A DNA stretch of 64,000 bases from Bigelowiella natans CCMP2755. Taxonomy: Eukaryota; Protista; Cercozoa. The translations under genes and the position numbers were made by a program. Position 1 is the stretch's first letter; each line of letters starts with the position of its first letter. A model generated the notes under the pieces. The model did not search any database. It saw only the letters and a program-made list of their open reading frames with translations, and was not told where the DNA came from. Location of the stretch: positions 62,001 through 126,000 of the forward strand of contig ADNK01001860.1 in assembly GCA_000320545.1 (NCBI GenBank), in the 5' to 3' direction. This document shows positions 1-12,076 of this stretch, piece after piece.

Positions 1-1132
1 ACGAAAATGATTTTTGAGGAGCCGCGAGCATGAAACATCAGTCGCGAGGAGACATAAAAGAGGAATACAAAGACTCCATCGTCGTATACAGGCTCTATTC
101 GACGGAAAAAGGCAAATATCGACCCTTGCCATTGGCTGGCTGGGGGAAGGCACGTAGCAAAAACTTTCGGGTATTATGAATAATGTGTCGGAAGCTACAA
201 GATACGAATCGGAATCCAAGAAATTCGCCGGTTTGCCGGTTGTTTGTTACGAATCCCCGCTATTTTCCTGCCAGTAACATGAAAGAAACATGGCCGTACA
301 TGTATAAACCAACGTCCTTCGTTTCCAACGATACGGTACGAGTACATGTGTGAGAAGGAAGTTGTGGTACTTGAGACTACATGATTACTCGTAATACCAC
401 ACTCATACCACACTCTTATTGCAGATGAGCTGAATGGTGAAGTGCGAAAACTTTCGTCGTTTCTGAATTTTCGCTGGCATTTTCTGAACATTACAGACGT
501 TAGCCGCTACTGTCGCGTACACATGTGCATAGACTACCTTTCTCTCCTGGTTGTGTTCGCACAACTTGTTTCCCATTTTGTTTCGAACCCTCTTGTGTGC
601 ATTGCGAAATCAGTGCACATCAGCGGCTCGCAATCTCGAGGTCACATCATAGACTCGATAAGACCAGGCATTATTTTTGCCGAAAACTCACTAATGCAGA
701 AAGTGTTTGAAAATAGCTTGGGAGCAAGAGGTTCAGAGGAAAAGCTTTACGTCTTGTTTTGAGTGAAGTAATCTCGCGCAAGTTCCGTTCCGACCGGTAA
801 GCAATTGCATGTCGTCCTCGGTGATTGCCCTACAATGTTCAATGATATCTGCTTATCTTCCAAAATACATGGAGATTTTGGCAGCGTTTCTTCCGACTGT
901 GCTGCAAAAGTACGGCATCGAAGATTCCAGGGAATCCTAGGGAATCCCCTAAAAAATGACGTGGATGCGGGCAATTATTGGAAGAGACAACTCGATTCGA
1001 TATTCTTTGCGTGAAAACGGCTGAGATTCTGTGTTGGTATTATGCTGTGGTTAAGTTTTCTCTCTATGCTTGCATTTTCCTCCTCGTCGGACCGCCCCTC
1101 TTGCAACACTTCGAAGCGAAGCCCGTCGAGGA

Positions 1133-2599
1133 ATGCACAGGGCAAAGATGCAAATTTCTAGACCCCAGCAAGCGCCACACGCTGCGTCTCACGTTTCAGA
1201 CTATCGATATTCTACTTTTCCAGGTCCTGTGACATCATCCATCAACTCCAGCTTGACACGTCGGCTCGACAAGAAGCGAGGGAAAGAAGCAGCAAGATGG
1301 CATTGTCCTTTGGGTTGCGGAAAATATTATCGGAAAAGTAGTTCCCGTTCTATACAGAAGCATCGCGTGACCTGCTTCAACAACTACATGCGTGTCCAAT
1401 CTCCAGGGTGTACTCATATCTTTGAAAATGATCTTCGCCTCCAAATTCTAAAGAACGCTAACGCAGATGGACGCCCTTCTGTGGATCCTGAAAAATATAC
1501 TGCCTCTTACAGCAGTTTATGGAACACTGTAGTCCACTTCTTCTGCGTCGGAGGTGTTAGGGGGAAAATCTTGTCAACCTTTCGCTCGCCACTCTGCACT
1601 GTCCCAGAAACCGAGCTACGCTACCAATGCGGCCAAATCCTCATTCACGCCGCGAAATCTGAAACTGAAATGGTTCAAATGATGGTCTCAAACTCAGAAT
1701 TAGTATACTATCATCAGAAGGGTGTAATCGATGGACGTCCGTTGATATTCATCATTGTGGTCTCGGCGAAGTACAAAGGCGACCCTGTAGGAGCTGTGTT
1801 GGGAGACTTTCGAAAAACCTACAAAGCAAAGTGGAACCATGCTGCACAGCAACTTTCTCCAGAGGGAAACTTCTCCTTTGATTTCATGATAGATCGAAGC
1901 TCCAGTAAATGTACCACAGAGCGTCAGATTGGGTTGGGAATCGCACCAAGGAATCAGCCAATCCATTTGAACACACCTTGCCCAAAATGGAAATTATATA
2001 GTGGTAGATTTGCTACCTTGCCCAGGCAATGTAAACCACTATCGGAGTACGAGAGAACATGGAATAAGCAAATAACTAACGAATGGGCACTTCAATCCCA
2101 TTTCAATCGCCATCAACCAAATAAAAGATTCTCCACTGAAATCGGATATGGTTCTGAAAGGGATCCACCAAATGTTTACCATTCAAAACCCTTGAAGCGC
2201 CAGCCGCTAGCGGTACCAAAATTTGAATACCACGAAAGCCATACTGACAAGAAGATTAACATAGCTCAATTAGGAGCAGACAATCACGATCCATTAATAG
2301 GAAAAATACCACCCTCACGAAAACCTCTTCCCACGCGTCCTGTTGTGAGTTGGCAATTTAGCGGCAGCAAATACAGAGAAAACCTGCCTTGCCAACAGTA
2401 TCCTACTGCACAAACTCTGCACCCCACTCAAATTCTGAATGGCAATTTTAGGCCAGCAACTTCCGAACGATTTCCTTCAAGGTCAGGGATGACAACTGGA
2501 GGACTAAAACGGATATTGAACAGATCTACTGGGTATTCGTGGCATATTGATACAGCTGGTGTAAATACAGAGAACCCAGTGAAACGCATTCGACGATGA
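1133..2599 (+). CDS. Intronless protein: N-terminal C2HC/C2H2-like zinc finger, longin-like central domain, low-complexity C-terminus
   Basis: Uninterrupted ORF of about 490 aa from the first in-frame ATG at 1133. Contains CPLGCGKYYRKSSSRSIQKHRVTC. The segment HFFCVGGVRGKILSTF...LVYYHQKG...LIFIIVVSAKY...VLGDFRKTY resembles the longin fold pattern (recognised by eye). Confidence 0.65.
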   Translation: MHRAKMQISRPQQAPHAASHVSDYRYSTFPGPVTSSINSSLTRRLDKKRGKEAARWHCPLGCGKYYRKSSSRSIQKHRVTCFNNYMRVQSPGCTHIFENDLRLQILKNANADGRPSVDPEKYTASYSSLWNTVVHFFCVGGVRGKILSTFRSPLCTVPETELRYQCGQILIHAAKSETEMVQMMVSNSELVYYHQKGVIDGRPLIFIIVVSAKYKGDPVGAVLGDFRKTYKAKWNHAAQQLSPEGNFSFDFMIDRSSSKCTTERQIGLGIAPRNQPIHLNTPCPKWKLYSGRFATLPRQCKPLSEYERTWNKQITNEWALQSHFNRHQPNKRFSTEIGYGSERDPPNVYHSKPLKRQPLAVPKFEYHESHTDKKINIAQLGADNHDPLIGKIPPSRKPLPTRPVVSWQFSGSKYRENLPCQQYPTAQTLHPTQILNGNFRPATSERFPSRSGMTTGGLKRILNRSTGYSWHIDTAGVNTENPVKRIRR

Positions 2600-2659
2600 C
2601 GAAGTGAAATCCTTACTAGACATTACAATACATAAAAAGAGAGTCCATTGTGTGGTCCA

Positions 2660-3620
2660 TCCATACTAGCATAGTGATCGCTCTGTCATTATAGAAGCAT
2701 CAACACAGTCTGTGAATGGCGTGTGCTAAGGTTAACAACGAATTGTGTAATGTACTCACATGGAAGGGCATGATTGTCTGCGCCAAATTTCACGTGCAAT
2801 CATTCGCAAACTTGTGTCTACATGCAGATTTGTGCATCTGCGCCCGCTCCCGCGCGTAGCCTAACGCTTGGGATCACACGTGCTAGCGTGCAAGCTCAGC
2901 TAGCGCTGCTGTTCACAGTGGTGATACATGCTAGCATGCAAGAAAGGCTAGAAGGAGCATGCTAGCATGTCTAGACTAGTAGATGTCATGTTTTCAGACA
3001 GTCATGATTACACGCATGCACACACGCACGCCAGCATGCTAACTAGCTAGCACGAGTAGACGACAGAACTAGAGAAGTGCACAGTCCAGACGTCTGGACG
3101 TGCTAGCGTGGTCAGAGTACGAATGCACAAAAACTCATGCGTGCTAGCAGTGCTAGCGTGCTATGGCTTCTTTGCGCAGCACAGTTGTTTTGCATTTCGC
3201 GATTTGGCTGCTATGTGCACATCTCTAGGTTTAGACATTGCTAGATCGCTAGATCGCCCCTGAAGATTTAGCTCTGAGCTAGCTCTTGTAGAGAGGAACA
3301 AGTTCAATGCTAGAATGCCAGAATGATGGCTTCGACCCCATGACTAGCTAGCTAGATGGCGTGCATACATGCTAGCATGACGATTCAATGGCACTAGCAC
3401 AGTCTGCAGCTACGGTAAACTAGTAGCTCATTCTAATATTGCCACATGTGATGCAGCACCGTCTAGCCGTTAGCACTAGAGCAGTTAGCCATGCTAGCAT
3501 GCATCACAAAATACAACTACAGCATTCCCCATCTCGATCGCACGCTAGCACGTATGTGCACCACATCATTGGGTAGCGAGTCGAAAGGAAGCTTATGTTT
3601 AGTAGCTTTGTTTCGATGAC
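2660..3620. other. CTAG/GCATGC-rich island in a convergent intergenic region
   Basis: Repeated GCTAGC, GCATGC and CTAG between the stops at 2599 (+) and 3901 (-). Confidence 0.8.
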
Positions 3621-3900
3621 TAAGACATGATGTGCTTTGCGTATGTACAACATATGCTGTATCACAATTGTTGTACTGGTGATTACATTCTTAGTTGCAT
3701 TTAGCAATAATACTTCCTTTTTCTTTGTCTTATATTCCCCTCATTAAACTATTCACCCAATAAATGCTCCTCTTTATTCTTGAGTGAGCTCTGTTCTAAT
3801 AAGGTGAAATGAGCAAGGCAACTTAGCTAGCTTTAATACAACTCAATAAGTGACCGAGTGAATTAACAAACGATCCTTCTTTAACACGAAGAACTAGGTG

Positions 3901-4068
3901 CTACAGTTCGGATTTGAGTCTCTTTCGGCCATTTTCTTCCTTTATCTCCAGGTTGCTGCGTTTTGCAGTTGTTGTCTGTTCTTCGTCTTGCACAAATCTG
4001 AAAGTCGTAGAAAATCAAACATTCATATATTGAGCCGTGGTTTCCAGTGTTATCACCGCTCCAGTTGC

Positions 4069-4099
<31 letters not shown>

Positions 4100-4592
4100 G
4101 TTATTATTATTATTCATTGATCACTTACTACCCATGGTTCTCCAGTTCGTCTCGGCGGAACACCAATGCTCCCCGGGCAAGGTTTGCTGCATATTAAAAA
4201 AAGTTATTGAACTCTCCACAAATGTGAGGTTTGCAACGTGAAAGGATACGAACCTAGATATTGCAATGCAATCTTTTGCGAGTCATCCAGCTGACATTAT
4301 TACATTCAGAGAAATCAGCGACGAAGAGCAACTCGGGAAGACGATATCACATGAGTGGGAACTTCTTTACAGTTTTTGGAGTCGAGCTTATGACGCAAAG
4401 GGATCCGACCGAGTAAGACGTGCAGGTCTATCAAAATTAAGATTAGGAGACAATCCTGAAATTTGACCCCATTTCTGTTCTTCTATGTTACTACCAAATC
4501 AATCTGGAGAGGAATTCCTGCATAAAATCGAATTCGGGGCCCTCCAGTAACCTACACCCATCCAAATAGAGAGGGGGGGGGGGGGGAAGGAC

Positions 4593-4629
<37 letters not shown>

Positions 4630-6620
4630 TGTATTATATCTTTTTATTTGTATGTGTGTGCATGACCATAACACCCATTAACCATTGTGTAAATGTATTA
4701 GAAGCGATATCTTCGCAATTCAGTTGTCAACATATATGATTCTACCAAAGGATTTTGAGCAAATCTATCATCTTTAAGAGTATCTTGGATCAGCGTAAGC
4801 TTATTAGGCTGAAGTATTGTGTGACTGGAAAAATCATAATTCATGAACAGAATAATTAGAAGGCAAAATCTCTTTCTGTATCACGGATGTGGTGACCTGC
4901 AGAAAGCTGAATTTCTTGAGGTCTCGGAAACTCCTAGTCCTCTCTTTGCTTTGAACCATTGTCGTTGCTTATCAACGAAACTTATTGCTCCCATTTCCGC
5001 ACCGCACATGTTGGTCGCCAACCTGACCGGACAAATTAAAGACGATTAGAATAGTTTTCTTAAGGAAATGACGTAACAACGCACACACCAGAGAATGTTA
5101 TCAAAGACGTCCTCCCTTTGAGTGTCCAATATGCGTAGAGACCTAATTTAGAGTTGATGATAAGAGGAGGAGTATAATCGTGTTTTATATTTTCGAGGAA
5201 TTATTAGTGGCTCGTACCTCAAGGTACTCATTCGTAAATTTTCATCACGGGGTATCCTTGCCGGTCGCCATCTGCACAATCAGTGTGGTGCATATGAATA
5301 CAGCAGTGCTTGCACGAAATAGTAGACCGGCTGCTCATGTAGAAGTACCTCGGGAGTTTTGCATTAGGTGTACTTTGGACAAGGGACATATCTTCCTTTG
5401 CTGGCTCAGGCACCGTCCTTTTCGCTTCAGCCTAAATTTAGATGTTCAAAGAAATAGAAGTGAGTTGTGTTAACTACTGCAGCAAAGCAGCACTGCACAC
5501 TTCGCTCCTAACCGGAATTTTGTGCAAAGGTACTGTTTCGAATTCAAGATTCTGTGATATCTGACAAACATTATCTATCATCAGAAGATAACTTCTCTAT
5601 AAATACAAACAAATGTACGGCAAGAATAGATTATACCGAAATATTATCCAGGGCCAATTTCACAGCTGTACTCAGTCCTGGATTGTCCTAAATTAAAACA
5701 TGTTCATTGTACGTAAATTTGAAGTGGATATATGATACATTTGTATATTCTATACACATATGTCTTGGCTTACCTTGACAAGTTTGCGAATATTCCGAGG
5801 ATCCATATCCACAATAGATTTGAGCGAAGAAATTAATTTGGGAATACTAATGTTAACAGCATGAAAAATTGTAAACCTTTCTCTCCCACTTCAACATGAA
5901 ACTTGGGGAAAGCAAAACACCTGCTTGGAGGAGATGGTGGGCAACTTTCCAATGTAGCGCTCTGCTTGGCACGATGATCGAGGAAATGTTGCAGTGTTGG
6001 TAGAGCCGAGGGAGCAAACGGTGGGGTAGCAGTGCCACCTCCTCCCTAATTCCAAATATCATTGTCGGGACACTGCGATCATTAAAGTGGTTTGTGACTA
6101 CGTTGGCGCGGGAAGGGAATCTTTGACTCCTCCTGACGACGTTGCATGGCGAGATAAAAACCTATATATAAATCAAAATTTAAGGTACCAAATTTCGTGG
6201 CATTGATTTGTGATTTGTTCCATCATTTAATTACCTCTTTGACTTCTTTTCCGATGTGCTTGTCACTGACACAGAGCATCATTTCCGCGACAGTATTACT
6301 CTTAAAGCAAAGAAGGCACCTGCAATTTTCAGAATCTTATAATCTAAATTCAACAGTTGATATTATGAAGCAAACTTTGCCATCTCCCATTGCTTGTTCG
6401 TCTGCCAAAACACCTGGCCTGCAACAACGTAACCTGCAAAATCGGAAAATTTAAGACAGCTTGGAATGAGAGCTAAAGTTTGATTTTACCAGCTAACTTG
6501 ACAATAGAAGGGGGTACTTGAACTATCATCGCATTCATGCCGATGTCCTTCATCGGGGACATGCTTTTTGTGCCCCTCACGATCGCGCGAATGTAATTCG
6601 GAGGGCTTTTGCTCTTCATG
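3901..6620 (-). CDS. Multi-exon GAF-domain sensor protein (bacterial-type GAF)
   Basis: Hand-spliced exons at 4.1-5.3 kb give PARIPRDENLRMSTLR|SLRILDTQREDVFDNILW|LATNMCGAEMGAISFVDKQRQWFKAKRGLGVSETSRNSAFC...DTLKDDRFAQNPL|VTGGPRIRFYAGIPL...VGSLCVISSTPKT|LDDSQKIALQYLA, a canonical GAF motif set. Probable stop is 3901-3903; the 5' end is uncertain. Confidence 0.85.
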
Positions 6621-6857
6621 CTTCTCAGAATGCAAAAGGACCCGCTTTGATACAATATTGTGGCGTTTCCTTGGATGCAAAAGCTGCTTCTGCTTTCAAT
6701 GCAAAGCTTTGTGAGTTGACGTGGCCTATTGTTGTTTTCCCCCCCTCCTTCCCTTGTTTGATCGATCGTAGAGCCACAAGCCAAAAGCGGAGCAAGGAAC
6801 CCTTATCAATCTCGAGTAATGAGCACGGTAGATAATTTGTTGTCGCTGATGAAAATA

Positions 6858-7048
6858 GGAACCGATTTGTGCGTGTGTATGTGCAAGTGTGCAATGATGG
6901 TACCCCTTTACCCCCTTTTGACTAGACCCTTGCTGCTATTTTCGGCATCCATTGGGTTTTTCCCAAGGCATGTCAAGGGTCTGGTACAAAGGGGGTAAAG
7001 GGGTACCATCATTGCACACTTGCACATGCACACGCACAAATCGGTTCC
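6858..7048. repeat. Inverted repeat with 75-bp arms (6858-6932 and 6974-7048) and a 41-bp spacer
   Basis: GGAACCGATTTGTGCGTGTG...TACCCCTTTACCCCCTTTTGACTAGACCCTTG pairs with CAAGGGTCTGGTACAAAGGGGGTAAAGGGGTACC...CACGCACAAATCGGTTCC, with few mismatches. Confidence 0.9.
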
Positions 7049-8400
7049 GAGCATTCTCCCAAGCGACATTCATGGAGCAACGCTCTTTTTCACTTTGGAA
7101 ACGTTCGATCATCCATTCTCGAGTGTGAGAGTGGCCCTGGGATCTGGTTCGGCTGCCTGCTCCTTTCGAGGCACTGCATTTTGCACACTGCAAGTGTCTT
7201 GCAACACTTTGAAAATGTGGTTTTTCATCATTGTTTCATTGTTTCATTGTTTCCTTTTTTCACGCTTCTGACTCCATCAAAACTGAAATCCTGCTGGGTG
7301 CTCCCCTGGACGACCCGACCGTGGACCATCGTGTGGGTGTGGCCTTTGGGAAGTTCCCACTTGGGGAGCAGGTGCTTTGCGTCGCCGTCACATTGCTGCC
7401 TCCCAGTTGCACTGCTCCACAACGACTGGAGTGCCAATTTTTGAAGTCCTGCTGGTTTTGCCAGTCAGTCCTCACCAAAGCTAGTTCGAGGCACTGCGTT
7501 TCACACACTGCAAACGTCTTGTGACGTTTTGGAAGTGCAGTTTGTCATCATTGTTTCGTTGTTTCGTTCGTTCCAGCGTTGTTTCGTTGTTCGTTGTTCG
7601 AGTTCACTTTTTTCCTCCTTTTTTTCTTCCTTGCTTTCACACGTCGAGTGGACCGGAATGTCAAGTGTCGTGCAACACTTGGGTTGATTGGCCAACTTTC
7701 TCACTTGAACTTTCTTTGGAAAACGTGGGTGAACGCTGGTCCCAACTGGCCAACTCTGGAGTTGAAGAGGTCGGACGAATTGGACCCGTGCAAGGTCCTC
7801 TCAGCCGCTCCAGTGAGACTGCTTCGTTCATTCACTCATGCCAACCGTTTCACTCGTCCACTCATTCGTTTGGTCCACCTGTTTGAGGCCCACCCAGCTG
7901 TGTCAGCAGTGCCACAGGCGTCCAGCCAGCTGGGCGTGTTCCTTTTGGCCTTGTTGAAGTTTGTGAACAGCGCCTTGAACCTGGACCTTGAGTCAGAACG
8001 CCTGGCAATCCTTCCGAATCAAACAACCAGAACTGCAACACTCGGTCGTTTCTTCTTGCACATTCCCCCCCACAAGTCCACGCTGGGAGCCAGCGATCGA
8101 TGATCATCCTTCGATGGGGCTCCACAGCCCTGCTGGCCTGCCAGCCTGCCTGTGGAGCTCCAGAGCTGTGTGAGTGAGCGAGTGCGTGATGCACTGCACG
8201 TGGCACGATCGAACAAGTGCAGAAATGCCCAGCAATTCCGCTGGGCCACATCACCAGACCAGCACAGTCAAAAGGAGCCATGTCTCATGCTGCATCACCC
8301 AGTCATCGTTGTGTGCGTCAGTGTCGCATGATTTTGAATCGATGTGTCGACGGCGTCATTGTTGCTGCCACCATCATCAGCTAAATCATGCGCGAAGCTG
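6974..8400. mobile_element. Degenerate TpA-depleted repeat or element relic, family unidentified
   Basis: Begins at an inverted repeat, contains a 90-bp diverged direct repeat, and has almost no TA dinucleotides. No transposase or RT motif was recognised, so the mobile-element identity is inference. Confidence 0.35.
7165..7574 (+). repeat. Diverged 90-bp direct repeat (7165-7254 and 7485-7574), with a partial third copy near 7662-7680
   Basis: Ungapped alignment starting TTCGAGGCACTGC; 18 mismatches, 15 of them transitions. Confidence 0.85.
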
Positions 8401-8825
8401 TGTGAGCTGCACAGCTGCACCTAGCTAGCTGTGGACGACCAATCAATCATTCTGAGCTGCACTTTGCATGCATGCATGTGGAATGCACCAGCACACACGC
8501 ACACATGCACACACACACACCACACGCGCAACAGCCTCACTAGCTTGCATGCTGGCACACTCCAGTCAGCAGTGCTCTAGCTAGCTAGTGCTGTGCATGG
8601 GAGTGAACAAAAATGAAACACACTTGGAGCATTTACTTGCATGTGTGGCGGTGAGGTCTAGAGGCTTTTCATGCTGCAACGTGATGGCGAAAAAAATGTT
8701 TGTGCACAAAAATGCACGTGATTCCTGTCGGTCATGATCTCTGTGGTGATCATGACATTTCCGCAAACAAGTTAACTGACATGATTTTGCTCTCTGGTAC
8801 AATTCATTGGCATTCCATGTCCAGC

Positions 8826-10707
8826 TCACAACTTGATTCCGAACTTGAACTCAAGGACTTTCTTCAAGATTGGAATACCACTGAGTATTTGCCAAGAGAA
8901 CAACCCAAGTCCTGCGGCATTCAGAGCAATGTGCATATCCTTGGCGAACTTGTTGCCCTTCTGCATCGCAGGTACCTACAGATGCATAGTTAAACATATA
9001 AAATTAAAAAACCTCCAAAAGAACAAAAACATTTACGTACCAGGCCAGCAGCTGCAGCCCAAAGAACAGTCAATCCTGCTCCAGCGAAAAGATGCGGTCC
9101 TGGAAACAACTTTCCGGTTCGCATCCATGTATTTACAGGCCCTTCGATTGCGAATCCGACTCCGAGTGCGAGAAGGAGAGATGAAAGCTGCAACATGTAC
9201 ATACATACATACATACATACATACACACACAAAATGTACACAATTCAACGATTGCATTAAGCTGAAAACGTGAATTGAAATTATCTTAAATATCCACCTG
9301 AAAATGTCTGTCCCTGAAGTCTCCTTTCACCAAATTCTTTCGCTCCGTAGTCAGATTTTGCAACTCAGCATCCACGGTTGCAAATGCCTTCATATTTGTT
9401 TAAGAACAGTAACTTAACTTGTACAAAAATGATAACCATAAGTAGTTCACAGTTCTTTTAGTTAAAATGTGCTCATTCCGACCTGTAGGGAAGATATATC
9501 GGCCTGAAGAGTCTTCTTTGTGGAATCATCCGCAGAAGAAAGCTCTGACTTCAACGATTCTATCAAGGGGCCAACAGGAGATGCGAAAGTCTTTCCAGGT
9601 GTCCTGTATAATTCACAACTAACTTTAACTTCACGTTGGAACTTTTGAGCTCGGCGAAAATACGAATCAAAATATAGCATTAAGGGTCTAGATTTTTTAT
9701 TCTGTTCAGCCTTACGTTAGCTGAGGAGCTTGCTTTTTGAGAGCACTGATATCATCCTACATTATATCAGACAAGTAGGGTTAAGGCTGGAGACACATAC
9801 CCATGTAGATACTGCCTGAATGTATGGTTAAATACCGCAAGTGTCCTCATTTTTCTGATTTGCCATCCAAGGAATCCGGTGTAGAGTGTGGTCATGTACA
9901 AGCCACCCATCATCACAGGGTGAACTAAAGCAGGCACCCCCCCTTCCAGGGCACCAAATTCACCCCCCTTGGCAAGTGCTATTCCAGGAACTGATAATCA
10001 AGCGCACTTGTTAGTATCAACATGTCTTGACCATGGAAGAGCTAGTACCTGCAGCCGACACTGCGGCGGTGGCTGCCAGTGCCTTAGCAAATTTTGATTT
10101 AGCTTTTTCCGATTTCGGGGGTAATTTGTAAGTGTCCACAGACTTATCTGTAACCCTATCGGATATAATTTAAACAAAAGGAAAGGTGAGGACAGCTTCG
10201 CATTTCTTGTTTTTCAAGCGATGAGTGCGCTATTTCCATACTGCAACTATCGATCTCTCTGCGTGCCTCAGCATGAAACATACTTATTATCACACAATAT
10301 CTGTCCCCCCTAATCTCTTTTAAAAAAAGAAGGAGACCTAGAATGGGCCGCAGCGTTGCGTAGCGCGGACTTCTTGAGCATGGTTGGTCTCACAGCGAAA
10401 GTCCTTGGGGATCCCCGAGTATTCGCAACACCACTGAATAGAAAAATATTTTTTTCCACTTTTGTGAAGTGCTGAATCCAGGCTTAAAATCACACGTTGT
10501 TTGACTATCTAAGTCCTAGGATACGGGATAATCGTGCATAACCATTCTACAGTGACTTCACGATAAAGTCCCACTGCTCACATCTCTCATGACACGTCAC
10601 CAATAATACATAACCATTCTTCTATGTTGCAATGGTACAAACCTTCTCATAGGGGCGGCGTATGTTAAGGTGCTCAAGCACACAAGAGCGAGTAACATAG
10701 TCGACAT
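8826..10707 (-). CDS. DUF4079-family membrane protein, probably plastid-targeted
   Basis: Exons give MSTMLLALVCLSTLTYAAP (signal peptide)...LVHPVMMGGLYMTTLYTGFLGWQIRKMRT...GVGFAIEGPVNTWMRTGKLFPGPHLFAGAGLTVLWAAAAGL|VPAMQKGNKFAKDMHIALNAAGLGLFSWQILSGIPIL...GIKL*. Confidence 0.85.
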
Positions 10708-11203
10708 CGGGTCCAAGCAACTGTCAGGGGAACGGGTTTTGTGGTTTTAAGGGGGGGACTTTGGGAATGTGTGGCAAGCACGTGGCACGGGTCAGAGATG
10801 TTTATTTGCCAACCGCCTAATGAAGTAGCGCATTTCGAAGCAAAGACAAGCTTTTCACGATATCGTCCAAATAAATACTGATTTTTTCCCTTCCTGATCA
10901 GAAAGTGAATGCCGTAGGATATTTTCCACCTGCGACGTGAATGGGAACGTGCCTTTCGGAAGTAAGGGCGAGGCCAAATTATTTCTATTCGAAAAATGGA
11001 GACGGGATCGGCAATTCCACCTGGGATTTATTTTGGAATGTTGATACCGCATTGTCGTAAGGAAGAATAACCCCCTTTTGTGGGAATATGGAAACATTTA
11101 TGAACAGTCTTGATCTGGACATTCATATTGTAGAAAGGACTGCCGAAGTCGAGGAAGGGAAGAGCATCGATCGTGGCGGCTGTGAGCCACCATCCCAACC
11201 ACC

Positions 11204-12038
11204 ATGCCCAGCAACGTGGGGGTGTACCTCCACATGCTAGTCTTTGGTCTAGGATCGTGGATTGCGGTAAGATGAGAATGTCGATGGACTGGTTCGTTTG
11301 CACTTAATCCCCCATCCTTCGGCCCACCTGTCAGATCAACGGCATTTATGCTGAGCTGCCGTTTATGGTGAACGATCTCCCGGAGGGGTATGCGATCGCT
11401 GCTACATTAGGAGTCGCTATCCAGGTAGTCTGGGCTATTAGCTGCTCAAGTCATTGGTGTAGTGACTGATTCTGTGTTCTCTCAGCTGGGAAATGTAGCC
11501 CCACTGCTCTACGGCGTCCTCCGACGGCGTTATGGAGGGTCTCTAGCCATTCCAACGACATATTTCATCTTCCTTATTGGTATCAACTAAACGTCGATAT
11601 TGATAATGATGCGACGCCGTCAACTTATCCATCATTGACTTCTTTGCATCCTCATCTTCACAGGAATAGCATGCTGCATACTACTATCGATATTCTGGAA
11701 GCACACCCTCCTTGTTGGCGGCAAAAGATCGAGCGTCGCACTGATCGTAATATCACATCCTTCCTCTTCTCATCATGGATTATGTGCACAGATAACACGT
11801 CGATAATGCTCAGGTCCTTACCGGTGGAGTTGCAATGGTTGACAGTACCTCATCAGTCGTGTTCTGGCCATTTGCCTCCCGTTTTCCCAGTGATAAAGTC
11901 ATAGCCCTTGCGACAGGGGAAGCTCTTAGGTTGTTGAGCACCTACTTCGTATGCATTAGATACGGTTCGATGTGTTGGTGTGATAGTGTCTGTACGATGA
12001 ACATATTCAAAAGTAAATTAATATGTAACTTTATAAAA

Positions 12039-12076
<38 letters not shown>

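Noticed and set aside
195-1014. Short ORFs upstream of the Zn-finger gene
   Set aside because: No recognisable motifs or consistent splice pattern; probably promoter/UTR.
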